64,000 bases of DNA from an uncultured delta proteobacterium (GCA_963767925.1 CAVYGB010000002.1:64001-128000), one strand, 5' to 3'; counted from the first letter of the stretch, positions 50,449-61,289 are shown. The notes: a model not told the origin generated them from the letters alone. A program made the numbers and translations.

Positions 50449-51168
50449 GTGGTCGAGCTCTCCTTGATTGCGACATTGTTCTTGCTGGCTGACAGCGCCG
50501 CCGCGGCGCCGGCCCAGGCCCCCGCCCCGCCCCCACCCCCACCGGCCAAGCTCGAAGCGCCCCCCGTGGAGGCCGGCCCCGCGGCGCCCGTGCCGGGCGG
50601 CGAGGCCACGAAGCAGCCGGCGAGCATCGAAGGGGTCGGCGTCGAGGGGGCCAAGGTGCCCGCCTCCCAGGTCGAGGCCGCCGCCAAGGGCGGGACCTTC
50701 CGGCGCGAGGCCCGCTTCATCGAGGTGGTGGTCCCCGTCCGCCTGGTCGCCCGCAACCAGATGGGCCGCCGCTTCCGCCTGGTCGAGGCGCGCTTCGTCC
50801 TCGGCGGGACCGAGGTCGCCCGCTTGACCGCCAAGCCGGGCGAGGAGGTCGACCTCAACGCGCCGGTGATGGTGGTGCCGCTCCGCCGCGGCGAACACGC
50901 CCTGACCGCCACCCTGGTCTTCCAGGGCCGCAACGTCGGCCCCTTCAGCTACCTCGACAACTACCGCTACCGGGTCGAGACGACCTACTCGTTCTACGTC
51001 GAGCAGACCCACCGCCAGCCGATCATCGAGCTGGTCGCCCACGAGCAAGGGGGGATGATGGTGCCCCTCGAGCGGCGGCCCACCCTCGAGATCTACTCGG
51101 CCGAAGGCTCGGGCGTCACGCCGATGACCGGCGTGACCCACGGCACGCGCGTCACCTTCGCGCCCTGA
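50449..51168 (+). CDS. Secreted hypothetical protein
   Basis: Signal peptide, Pro linker, beta-rich domain with GPFSYLDNYRYRV. Confidence 0.7.
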   Translation: MVELSLIATLFLLADSAAAAPAQAPAPPPPPPAKLEAPPVEAGPAAPVPGGEATKQPASIEGVGVEGAKVPASQVEAAAKGGTFRREARFIEVVVPVRLVARNQMGRRFRLVEARFVLGGTEVARLTAKPGEEVDLNAPVMVVPLRRGEHALTATLVFQGRNVGPFSYLDNYRYRVETTYSFYVEQTHRQPIIELVAHEQGGMMVPLERRPTLEIYSAEGSGVTPMTGVTHGTRVTFAP

Positions 51169-51280
51169 CGGCTCTCGCATATGTGACAGCCGGGCGCGTC
51201 CAAAGCGCTCGTCAGGTCCCCGAGCGGGGCTGGCGGGCTTCCTGCGCGCGGGCAGTGACCAGCTCCGGGCCTGGGATGCC

Positions 51281-51700
51281 TTGCAAGCGCCCATCGGGAT
51301 CGGCCGGGACCTCGCCGCCGAGGAGGCGGCCCACCCGGGCTACAGCGCGCGGGTGAGCGCCCTGCAGGAGCTGGTGCTGCGGCGCTTGTTCTTCGCCCCC
51401 GCCGAGGAGCGGGGCGAGATCACCAACGATCCGGCGCTGGTCGGGCCGCCCCTCCTCTCCTTGACCCTCCACCTCCGCGACACCGTGGCCAACCAGGACG
51501 GGCTGCGGAGCTGGACCGTCCGGCGGACCGCGGTCGACGTGCTCAAGAAGCTGCAGGTGCAGACCGCCCTGCAGGCGCTGCTGGGCGCGCGCGACACGCT
51601 GATCGCCGCCCGCGGCCGCCTGGCCGGCGGCGAGGAGGCCGCCCTCACCGACGACCTGCTGGCCCGCATCGACCGCGCGCTCCGGCCGTACTTCGAGCGC
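51281..51700 (+). pseudogene. Orphan C-terminal fragment of a larger helical protein
   Basis: Coding-like stretch (DGLRSWTVRRTAVDVLKKLQ...DLLARIDRALRPYF) with no good start and no stop before the convergent gene. Confidence 0.45.
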
Positions 51701-51718
51701 CAGTGCACCGCAGCGCGC

Positions 51719-53083
51719 TCAGACCAGCACGATGCGGGGAGCGCTGTGCGCCTGCCGGAGGGCGCGCAGGATCGGCTCGGAGGCGGCCTCCGACTCGGTG
51801 GCGTGGCGAACGCAGGGGATCAGCCCCTGCGCCTCGACCGCCTTGACGAGGATGGCGACGTTCTCCAGCAGGGTCAGGGTCACGTCGAGCAGCGAGGGCT
51901 CTCCCTCCGGCAGCGGCGGGGCCTCGGGCGCGACGCCGCCGGCGGCGGCCTGGCAATGGTCCCGGAAGCGCTCGATGGCCGTCCGGTACGCGGCAGGGTC
52001 GAGGTTCGACCAGAGCGGCTGCAGGGCGGCGGGCGCCAGGCGCAGCAGGCGCAGCTCGCCGGCCCCCTCGAAGGCGGGGTCCAGCATGGCCACCTGCTCG
52101 TCGGAGAAGGCGCCCAGCAGGCCGTCCTCGTCGGCGGCCGGCCGCTGGTAGGGGAGCGTGTCGACGTACAGCAGGAGCGGCTCGGCCCCCTGCTGGTAGG
52201 CGGCGACCGCCTCCTCGTCGAGCGCGGGGAAGCTGTCGGCCGGGCCGATGTGGACCAGCGGCAGCACCAGGTCGGCCCACAGCTCCGCGGGGGCGAACCC
52301 GGTCTCGGCCTTGCCCGCGAACAGCATCGCCAGCAGCTCGCTGAGCTGGGGAGCGCGGGGCGCCTGCTGGCCCAGGGTCTTGAGTGCGTTGAGCTGCCCC
52401 AGGGCATCGACGATGCGGCGGCGGGTCGGCTGGCGCACCTGCTTGGGCACCTCGACCGGCAGGCGCGAGAACGCGGTCTCGAGGTCCTTCTTGAGCTGCT
52501 CGGGGCGGGCGCCCAGGGTCGCGGCCAGCGCCACCGGGTCGAGGGCCACGAACTGCACGAACCCCGGATCGAAGAGCCGGCGGTAGTCGTCGGGGCCCAG
52601 CGCCTTGCCGCCGGTCTCCGGCTCGGGCGGGCGGGCCCGGGCCTGGGCGAGCACGCCGCGCAGCTCGCCGGTGATGTCCTCCAGGCCCGCGAGCTTCGCG
52701 CGCGACAGCGCCTGGTCGACGGCGTCGAAGGGGGAGAACACGACAATGCCGTCGGCGAAGCCGAGGGCGGCCCCGTGGCGGGTGGCCCGGCTGGGGAACC
52801 AGAAGGCGCCCAGCTCGCGTCGCAGGCGCTCGGCGAAGGTGGCGCCGATCATGAACGACAGCGCCTGGTGCGAGGGGTTGTCGGGCGAGAAGGCGCCCAT
52901 CAGCAGCTTGACCACGCCGCCCTCGATCTCGGCCCAGCTCGCGCTGAGCGGGTCGAGGGCGATGCCCTGCACCGAGGTGATGGCCTCGCGCAGCCGGGCG
53001 ATGGCCTCTTCGATCTGCGGGGGGATGGATGAGCTGGGGGTGGGCGGGGCTTGTGACACCGTGGGGTCTCCGACAACATTCAT
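51719..53083 (-). CDS. Hypothetical cytoplasmic protein
   Basis: Long globular-looking ORF with GC-rich third positions; no motif recognised. Confidence 0.75.
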   Translation of the reverse strand: MNVVGDPTVSQAPPTPSSSIPPQIEEAIARLREAITSVQGIALDPLSASWAEIEGGVVKLLMGAFSPDNPSHQALSFMIGATFAERLRRELGAFWFPSRATRHGAALGFADGIVVFSPFDAVDQALSRAKLAGLEDITGELRGVLAQARARPPEPETGGKALGPDDYRRLFDPGFVQFVALDPVALAATLGARPEQLKKDLETAFSRLPVEVPKQVRQPTRRRIVDALGQLNALKTLGQQAPRAPQLSELLAMLFAGKAETGFAPAELWADLVLPLVHIGPADSFPALDEEAVAAYQQGAEPLLLYVDTLPYQRPAADEDGLLGAFSDEQVAMLDPAFEGAGELRLLRLAPAALQPLWSNLDPAAYRTAIERFRDHCQAAAGGVAPEAPPLPEGEPSLLDVTLTLLENVAILVKAVEAQGLIPCVRHATESEAASEPILRALRQAHSAPRIVLV

Positions 53084-53180
53084 ACCCAGCCCGGAACCGG
53101 CGCGTCGAGCCCCACCCCACAAAGCCCGGGTTCCGGGGATGACGCGGCCCGCACCGGGTCCGCTGGCTGGCCCACGAAGG

Positions 53181-53225
53181 CCCCTCGCCCCTCCTTCTCC
53201 CCGCTGCCGCGGGGCGAGGGCGAAC
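53181..53225. repeat. REP-like hairpin, family A short copy
   Basis: CCCCGCTGCCGCGGGGCGAGGGCG, identical core at 63191-63214. Confidence 0.65.
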
Positions 53226-53359
53226 AATTGGTCGGTGAATCGGGCGCTAAAGCCACGAACGCCGCGGACCAGGCGGCGCCGGTCTCGCCACCGTCGAGGT
53301 CGGCGAGCTGCGCTGCCTGTTGTCGCGTTCGGGCCGCTGACCGCCGGCCCGGACGGCGG

Positions 53360-54397
53360 TCAGGGGGTCCAGGCCCAGAGGGCGGCCGCCTCGAGGAGCT
53401 GCTCACCCTCGGCGCTGAGCCGGGTGGTGAGCGCCTCGCTGGCGAAGAAGCCGATTCGCTTGGCCAGGGCGGTCTGCCCCTGCTCCATGGCGGCGCCGCG
53501 CGCGTAGCCGAACAGGACCGCCCGGTTGGGCGCGTTGGGCAGGGTGGCGATGATGTCCGCCCCCTGACCGGGGACGCCCCAGTTCAGCGGCCCGTTCATG
53601 GCGGAGACGGCGACCGTCCCGCGCAGGCCGGCGGCCATCGGGTGGGTGGCCCGGTCGGCGGCCATCTCCACCTGGCGGGCTGCCGTCGTGCCGAAGGCCT
53701 GGTTGGCGCCGGCCGCGGTCATCCGCATGTCGTCGAAGATGTCGGAGCTCATCACGACCACCGGGGCCAGCGAGTCCCGGTACTTGGTGCCGATGGTGTT
53801 GGCGACGACGCTCGGGGAGATGACGATCAGGCCCAGGTCACCGTTGTCCGGCTGCTCGTTGTCATCGTGGCGAAGGACGAAGAAGCCGATGCCCTCGAGC
53901 TGGGCGGCGATGATCTCGTCGCCCTCTTCGGGCTCGTCCCGGTCCCCGACGACAAGCAGGGCGACCCGCGGGGGCAGGCGCCCGGGGGGCACGATCGGCG
54001 GCGGCTCGGGGATCGGCGGGGCGGGCACCGGCGGCGGCAGGCCGGGGATCGGCGGTGGCGTCATCGTCGCCGGCGGAGCGGCCGGCGGAGGCGCGGCCGG
54101 CGGAGGTGATACGCCCGGCGGGGGCGCCGGCGGTGGGATGGCCGGGCCGGGTGCGAAGGGTGGCGGCGGGATCGGGGCGGGAGACGCCTCGGGGCGCACG
54201 GGCGCGGTCGGAACCCCGGCGGGGGGCATCGGCCGACCTGGCGTCGCGGACTGGGGCGTGGCTTCCTCGAAGGTACCGGGGGCGCAGGCGGCCCAGGCGA
54301 CCCCCAGGCCGAGCAGCGCAACCGCGCCCGAACGGCGCAGCACCCGCGCCGGGTGTTTCGGGGCACCATTCAGGGAGGACGGCTTGGTGAAATGCAT
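53360..54397 (-). CDS. Pro-rich lipoprotein with C-terminal alpha/beta domain (start uncertain)
   Basis: WAAC lipobox, long Pro linker, VALLVVG...LLEAAALWA. Confidence 0.72.
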   Translation of the reverse strand: MHFTKPSSLNGAPKHPARVLRRSGAVALLGLGVAWAACAPGTFEEATPQSATPGRPMPPAGVPTAPVRPEASPAPIPPPPFAPGPAIPPPAPPPGVSPPPAAPPPAAPPATMTPPPIPGLPPPVPAPPIPEPPPIVPPGRLPPRVALLVVGDRDEPEEGDEIIAAQLEGIGFFVLRHDDNEQPDNGDLGLIVISPSVVANTIGTKYRDSLAPVVVMSSDIFDDMRMTAAGANQAFGTTAARQVEMAADRATHPMAAGLRGTVAVSAMNGPLNWGVPGQGADIIATLPNAPNRAVLFGYARGAAMEQGQTALAKRIGFFASEALTTRLSAEGEQLLEAAALWAWTP

Positions 54398-54633
54398 GCA
54401 CCGAGTTAGTGGCCCGGCCGCGGTGGATCTGTTCACGCTTTTGCCCCCCTCGCTGCGCTGAGCCACGCGCCAGCACGACGGGTCATGTCGCGTCCGCCGC
54501 CAGCGCGCCTTCCGGTTGTAAAGGAACCTGACACTTCGTGAGGGGCCTCCCCCGACGCGCTGTCGGAAGGCCAGCGATCTCGCGCAGATGCGCTTCGAGA
54601 GGGGCGGTCCGGAGGTTGCGGTGCCGATCCGGC

Positions 54634-56000
<1,367 letters not shown>

Positions 56001-56088
56001 GCAAGGGCGGGGGGACCAAGGGGGGCAAGGTCCTGCCGGCCCGGAAGGCCAATCCGAAGCGGCCCCGGGCCCGGGGGAAGGCCGCGCT

Positions 56089-56802
56089 TCAGAAGAGGTA
56101 TCCGACGCTCAAGCCGCCCCAGGGCAAGACGCCCGCGTCCGACACGAGCGGCGTGAAGCCCGCGCGGTAGGTGAAGCCGCCCTCCGGGGGGACGTAGCGA
56201 TAGCCGATGAGGGCGGTGACCAGCGGCCTGAGGTCGGCGGCGGTGGCCGCCCGGTAGCGGGTGCTGGCCCGGGCGGAGGTGTAAAGCAGGGTCACCCCGG
56301 CGCCGACCTCCAGACGGTGGCGCCCACGGCCGCGCACATAGTTGATGAGGAGAGGCGCGCCGACCGCCGGGAGGCTCGCCGTCTGCGCGTCACCGGCGAT
56401 CGGGTTGGCCCCCTCGGCCAGGTGTCCCACGCCGACCCGCACGGTGACGCCGCCGGCGATGGCCCGGTCGTAGTTGACCGTGTAGAGGATCCCGTTGCCG
56501 CCGAGCTCCAGGAACACGAGGTTGTTGCGGGGCGAGCGATCGCCCGCCTGGCTCGTCTCCGCCGGCGGCTCGGGCTCGAGGGGGGCCGCGCCCGGTCGGG
56601 GCGCGATGGCGAAGGGGTTCAGCGCCACCGCCGGATCGACGGCCACCGGCGTCACCGGCGGGCGGGCGGGCGGACCCACCTGGGCGATGGGCGCCGAGAC
56701 GGTGGGCGCGGCGGCCGGCGGGACGGACGCCTGATCCGCGCGCGCACGGCCCACCACCACCCCGCACACCAGCAAGACCGCGCCGACCGCCCCCCAGGAC
56801 AT
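56089..56802 (-). CDS. Outer-membrane beta-barrel-like protein
   Basis: Signal peptide, VFLELGGNGILYTVNYDR, terminal GLSVGYLF. Confidence 0.78.
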   Translation of the reverse strand: MSWGAVGAVLLVCGVVVGRARADQASVPPAAAPTVSAPIAQVGPPARPPVTPVAVDPAVALNPFAIAPRPGAAPLEPEPPAETSQAGDRSPRNNLVFLELGGNGILYTVNYDRAIAGGVTVRVGVGHLAEGANPIAGDAQTASLPAVGAPLLINYVRGRGRHRLEVGAGVTLLYTSARASTRYRAATAADLRPLVTALIGYRYVPPEGGFTYRAGFTPLVSDAGVLPWGGLSVGYLF

Positions 56803-56887
56803 GAACGGCTGGGTTCGGCAGGTGCCTCCCCCCCCTGAACGCCGCAAGGCGTGGTCCCGGCTCCTCCCTCGGCGAGGCCGCCCGCGA

Positions 56888-56972
56888 CGTGCACGGAGCC
56901 GTCTGACGTGCACGCCTCACGTGCACGTGCACGGGAGCCGTCTGACGTGCACGCCTCAGTGCACGTGCACGG
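56888..56972. repeat. Two tandem copies of a 40-bp unit rich in GTGCAC/CACGTG palindromes
   Basis: GGAGCCGTCTGACGTGCACGCCTCA occurs twice, each followed by GTGCACGTGCACGG. Confidence 0.85.
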
Positions 56973-57002
56973 CCTGCTCTCCTCCCTCCCCCTCTAAACA
57001 TG

Positions 57003-57025
57003 ATGTTGACTTTCATTTTTAACAT
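57003..57025. promoter_or_regulatory. AT-rich imperfect palindrome, candidate Fur/Zur-family operator upstream of rpsD
   Basis: ATGTTGACTTTCATTTTTAACAT (ATGTT...AACAT arms). Confidence 0.5.
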
Positions 57026-57238
57026 GACTAATTTCCGGCCTCTTTCCGTGCTCTTTTTCATGAACCCTGCGCGCCCGCTCCCGATCCCACCGTGCTGCCG
57101 GGCCTCCTCGCCCTCGGCCTGCTCGGTCGCGGCGACGACGAGCCCTCCTCCTCGCCCGGCACGGCGCTCCATCTGTTCAAGCTCCGCTGATTCTCGCTCC
57201 ACCACCCACCCACTGCCCAACGACACCAGGAAGATTCG

Positions 57239-57856
57239 ATGGCCAGACACCTCGGACCACGCGTGAGGGAAATGAGAGCGCTCGGGATCCTGCTTCCCGG
57301 GCTCTCCGCCAAGAGCATCGAGCGCCGGCCCTACCCGCCGGGCCAGCACGGCATGCATCGGAACAAGCGCAAGCCGAGCCCCTTCAAGCGCCAGCTCCAG
57401 GAGAAGCAGAAGCTGCGCCTCAACTACGGCGTGACCGAGCGGCAGCTCCGCAATTTGATGAAGCTGGCCCACAAGGGCAAGGGCCGCACCGACGAGACCT
57501 TGATGGAGCTGCTCGAGCGGCGCCTGGACAACGTCGTGTTCCGGGCTGGCTACGCCCGGACCATCCCGGCCGCCCGCCAGCTCGTCCGCCACGGGCACGT
57601 CCTGATCGACGGGTCGCGGGTCGACATCCCCTCTTACCGGGTCAGCCAGGGCGAGGTGATCAGCCTGCTCGAGGTGAGCAAGAAGATCCTCGTCGTCCAG
57701 TCGAACTGGGAGAGCCCGCCGCTGATGCGGCCGGCCTGGCTGGAGGTCGACGTGGCGGGCATGACCGCCCGGGTCGCCGGGCCGCCCGGCCTGAAGACCG
57801 TGCCCTTCGACATCTTCCCCCAGCTCGTCGTGGAGTTCTACGCCAAGCGGCTGTGA
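57239..57856 (+). CDS. rpsD: 30S ribosomal protein S4, Cys-free stand-alone paralog
   Basis: MARHLGPR, PPGQHG, LQEKQKLR, LERRLDNVVFRAG, ARQLVRHGH, VDIPSYRV, LVVEFY. Confidence 0.97.
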   Translation: MARHLGPRVREMRALGILLPGLSAKSIERRPYPPGQHGMHRNKRKPSPFKRQLQEKQKLRLNYGVTERQLRNLMKLAHKGKGRTDETLMELLERRLDNVVFRAGYARTIPAARQLVRHGHVLIDGSRVDIPSYRVSQGEVISLLEVSKKILVVQSNWESPPLMRPAWLEVDVAGMTARVAGPPGLKTVPFDIFPQLVVEFYAKRL

Positions 57857-58149
57857 GGCGCGCAGGGCTCGATCAGGTGGGCGGCCAGGAGCTGCCCCAT
57901 CAGATCCAGCACGTCGGCGCGGGCGACCTGGTCGTCGACCTCGTAGGTGGCGACCAGCTCGTCGAGGATGGCCTGCACCGTCGTCGCCCCGTCGAGGCGG
58001 GTCCAGATGCGGGTGCCGACGGGGTTGAGGACGTAGAGCGACTGCATGTCGACGACGCTGCCGGTGGTGCGCACGAGGACGGTGTCCCCCTCGAACTCCC
58101 GGGCCACCACCGCGGGCACGGGACGGAAGCTGTCGGCGAGGTTCATCAT
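57838..58149 (-). CDS. PqqD family RiPP recognition element
   Basis: VVAREFEGDTVLV, LYVLNPVGTRIWTRLDG, ILDELVATYEVD...ARADVLDL; 103 aa. Confidence 0.92.
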   Translation of the reverse strand: MMNLADSFRPVPAVVAREFEGDTVLVRTTGSVVDMQSLYVLNPVGTRIWTRLDGATTVQAILDELVATYEVDDQVARADVLDLMGQLLAAHLIEPCAPHSRLA

Positions 58150-58673
58150 GGTGGGCGTCTCCTCCGGGCTGGGGTCTCCGGGCCGGAAGGGGGCCCGCCC
58201 GGGCGGACCAGCCGCCAGAGCCGCAGCGCCAGCCGCCGGCCGCACACGCGCACGCGGGTGAGCGGGTCATCGATCGGGCGCAGGCGTCCGCGCTCCCACA
58301 CCCCGAGGGCCCGCCCGATCAGGTCGGCCCGCGGCACGTGATCCGGCTGCGAGGCGGGGGCGTCGCCGCACACGCGGGCGGCCCCGTCGGGCCCCAGCGA
58401 CACGAGCCGATGCAGGACGAGGGCGCCGCCGTTCACCCGGCAGAGCACGACCTCCCCCACCCGGACCCGAGGGCCGATCGCCGCGACCGCCACCCGGGCC
58501 CCGTCGGCGACGGTCGGAAGCATGCTGCGTCCCCGGGCGCGAAAGCTCACGCTCCGGCCGGTCGCGAGCACCGCCTCGACCACCGCCACGAACCGCCCCG
58601 CCGGCGCGCTCCGGTTCCCCGACGCCGCCTCCGCCCCCAGCTTCGGCACGACGTTCGCAACCACGTTCGACAC
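58146..58673 (-). CDS. S24/S26 family peptidase (start uncertain)
   Basis: FRARGRSMLPTV, GEVVL, VLHRLV, CGDA, LIGRA; ATGA overlap with PqqD gene. Confidence 0.85.
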   Translation of the reverse strand: MSNVVANVVPKLGAEAASGNRSAPAGRFVAVVEAVLATGRSVSFRARGRSMLPTVADGARVAVAAIGPRVRVGEVVLCRVNGGALVLHRLVSLGPDGAARVCGDAPASQPDHVPRADLIGRALGVWERGRLRPIDDPLTRVRVCGRRLALRLWRLVRPGGPPSGPETPARRRRPP

Positions 58674-58854
58674 CCACGAGCAGGGTAAGACATCGCGCGC
58701 CCCGGGGCGAGATCGCAGCGACCCCAGCGTGCGATCGCCGGATCGCGATCGGAGGCGCGTGAGGGCGCGGGGCTGCGTCGGTGTGAGCATCTGCGCACCG
58801 ACGCGGGCGCGGCCACGAATGGGTGTGCAGGTCGGTGGGGAGGCGCACGTGCAG

Positions 58855-58894
58855 GTGATGAGGGTGCAAGGTGTGATGAGGGTGCAAGGTGTGA
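58855..58894 (+). repeat. Perfect 18-bp tandem repeat in the divergent intergenic region
   Basis: GTGATGAGGGTGCAAGGT at 58855-58872 and 58873-58890. Confidence 0.85.
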
Positions 58895-59043
58895 CGAACG
58901 CCTCCGCGTCCGAGGTGGAAACGCGCCCGCGCCTTGCGCGGCTCTCTTGCTCCCTGCGGACCATCCACGTTATGCTCTGGCGGCGCGCGCTGTGGCCTCG
59001 CTGGAGATCGCGGCTCCAGGAGACCGGCCGCGCCACCTCGAAC

Positions 59044-60309
59044 ATGTTGACCCGTCGCTATGCGGAGTTCAGCGCCCGGCTGTCGTCGCAGGCGGCGGGG
59101 AAGCGCACCCCCCTCAAGGCCACCATCGAGGTGACCCACCGCTGCCCGCTCACCTGCAGCCACTGCTACAACAACCTTCCGGTGGGCGACGCCCCGGCCC
59201 GCCTGGCGGAGCTGTCGCTCGACGAGCACCGCCGCCTGATCGACGAGCTGGCGGAGGCCGGCTGCCTCTGGCTGCTCTACACCGGCGGGGAGATCTTCGC
59301 CCGCCCGGACTTCCTCGACATCTACCGCCACGCCCGCGACCGGGGCCTGCTCATCACGCTCTTCACCAACGGCATCCTCGTCACCCGGGGCATCGCCGAC
59401 GCGCTGGCGGAGCGGCCCCCGCTGGCCATCGAGATCACCCTCTACGGGGCCACCCGCGCCACCTACGAGCGGCTCACCGGGGTCCCGGGCTCGTACGACC
59501 GCTGCCTGCGGGGGATCGATCTGCTGATCGAGCGCAAGCTGCCGCTCAGCCTCAAGACGGTGGCGGTCTCGACCAACTGGCACGAGATCGGGGCGATGCG
59601 GGAGCTGGCCGCTGCCCGGGGGCTGCGCTTCAAGTTCGATGCGATGATCAACCCCCGCATCGACTGCTCGTCGAGCCCCCTGGGGGTCCGCCTGGCCCCC
59701 GAGCAGGTGGTGGCGCTCGATCTCGAGGACCCCCGACGCTCCGGCGAGTGGCGCGCCTTCGCCGAGCGCCACGGCCGCCCGGTCCACACCGGCAGCAACC
59801 GCGACACGGTCTACCACTGCGGCGGCGGCGTCCACGCCTTCGCGGTGGATCCCTACGGGCAGCTCAGCATCTGCGTCCTCTCGCACAACGACAGCTACGA
59901 CCTGCGCGCGGGGAGCTTCCGGGCCGGCTGGAGCGACTTCTTGCAGCGGGTCCGGACGCGCACCCGGACCGTCGAGAGCAAGTGCGTGTCCTGCGGCCTC
60001 AAGGCGATGTGTGGCATGTGCCCCGCCCAGGGCGAGCTCGAGAACGGCGACGCCGAGAAGCCGGTCGAGTTTCTGTGCGAGGTCGCCCACCTGCGGGCCC
60101 GCACCCTCGACATCCCGGTGCCCGCGCACGGCGACTGTGCCTTTTGCCAGGGGGGCGCGGGGCACGAGGCCCTGCTGGCCAAGGCGACCTGGCTGGAGCA
60201 CCGGCCGAGCGGGTCGGCGCCGGCGGCGCTGCCCGGGGCGCGCCGCCCGCTGCCGGTCCTGCGCGAGGCGGAGACGGAGGGTGGCTGTGGATCCTGCTCG
60301 AACCATTGA
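59044..60309 (+). CDS. Radical SAM/SPASM domain peptide maturase
   Basis: CPLTCSHC, TGGE, FTNG; SPASM cysteines CGGG, IC, CVSCGLKAMCGMC, FLC. Confidence 0.93.
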   Translation: MLTRRYAEFSARLSSQAAGKRTPLKATIEVTHRCPLTCSHCYNNLPVGDAPARLAELSLDEHRRLIDELAEAGCLWLLYTGGEIFARPDFLDIYRHARDRGLLITLFTNGILVTRGIADALAERPPLAIEITLYGATRATYERLTGVPGSYDRCLRGIDLLIERKLPLSLKTVAVSTNWHEIGAMRELAAARGLRFKFDAMINPRIDCSSSPLGVRLAPEQVVALDLEDPRRSGEWRAFAERHGRPVHTGSNRDTVYHCGGGVHAFAVDPYGQLSICVLSHNDSYDLRAGSFRAGWSDFLQRVRTRTRTVESKCVSCGLKAMCGMCPAQGELENGDAEKPVEFLCEVAHLRARTLDIPVPAHGDCAFCQGGAGHEALLAKATWLEHRPSGSAPAALPGARRPLPVLREAETEGGCGSCSNH

Positions 60310-61264
60310 TCAGACCGGCGTGTTCCTGGAGATCGCCGGGATCCGCTACGCGATCCACCGCCACCCCGATGGCCCCCCGCTGTGGATCCCACCGGGTACC
60401 CGCGCGTTTGCGGTGCCCGGGGACGGCGCGGGCGCCCGCGCCGCCGACGTCGAGGTGACCTGCCGCTACGGGGACCTGTCGGGCCCCATCGGCGGGCGCC
60501 CGATCTTCGACTCGGGCGGCACCTGGAGGCTGTTCGAGCACGAGTGCGGCGACGCCCTGTTCTGCTTCGACACGCCCCTGCTGCGCCCGCACCCCTACAA
60601 GACCGCCCGCTTCTCGCGGGACTTCCGGCGCGGCGAGGTGGTGCTGCATGCCCCGTATTTCCCGGGCGAGCGGGCCGTCTACCCCCTGGAGTATCCCCTC
60701 GACGAGCTGATCATGGTGCACCTGCTCGGGGCCGGGCGCGGCGTCGAGCTGCACGCCTGCGGGCTGGTCGACGCCAGCGGCGAGGGGCTGTTGTTCCTGG
60801 GCGCCTCGGGGGCGGGCAAGTCGACCACGGCCCGGCTGTGGCTCGAGGAGCCAGGGGTGCGCATCCTCAGCGACGATCGCATCGTCGTGCGCCGGGACGA
60901 ACGGGACGGCCGGCTCTGGATGCACGGCACGCCCTGGCACGGGGAGGCCGAGCTGGCCCGCCCGGATCGGGCGCCGCTGGCGGCCGCGTTCCTGCTGCGC
61001 CACGGGCCGGACAACCGGCTGATGCCCTGCCGGGGCGGCAACCTTGTCGCGCGGCTCACCGCCTGCGCCTTCCCCACCTTCCACTCCGCCCGCGGCCTGG
61101 CGACGACCTTCCGCTTTCTCGCCGAGCTGGCCCGCGAGGTCCCTTGCTCGCTGCTCGACTTCCGCCCCGACCGGGCGGTTGTTGGCTTCGTGCGCGGCGC
61201 ACGGAGCGCGGCGGGCACGCCCGGCCTGGCCGGGGACGTACCGTCGGCGGCCGCCCCACTTTGA
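60281..61264 (+). CDS. HprK-related P-loop kinase
   Basis: GGAGG then GTG; LHACG, GASGAGKST, LSDDR, GTPWHG. Confidence 0.85.
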   Translation: MAVDPARTIDQTGVFLEIAGIRYAIHRHPDGPPLWIPPGTRAFAVPGDGAGARAADVEVTCRYGDLSGPIGGRPIFDSGGTWRLFEHECGDALFCFDTPLLRPHPYKTARFSRDFRRGEVVLHAPYFPGERAVYPLEYPLDELIMVHLLGAGRGVELHACGLVDASGEGLLFLGASGAGKSTTARLWLEEPGVRILSDDRIVVRRDERDGRLWMHGTPWHGEAELARPDRAPLAAAFLLRHGPDNRLMPCRGGNLVARLTACAFPTFHSARGLATTFRFLAELAREVPCSLLDFRPDRAVVGFVRGARSAAGTPGLAGDVPSAAAPL

Positions 61265-61289
61265 CCGACTCCCAGGGAGGATGAGACGA

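Noticed and set aside
57838..57856. Functional link between rpsD and the RiPP cluster via their 19-bp convergent overlap
   Set aside because: Short 3' overlaps are common in GC-rich genomes; no other evidence of coupling.
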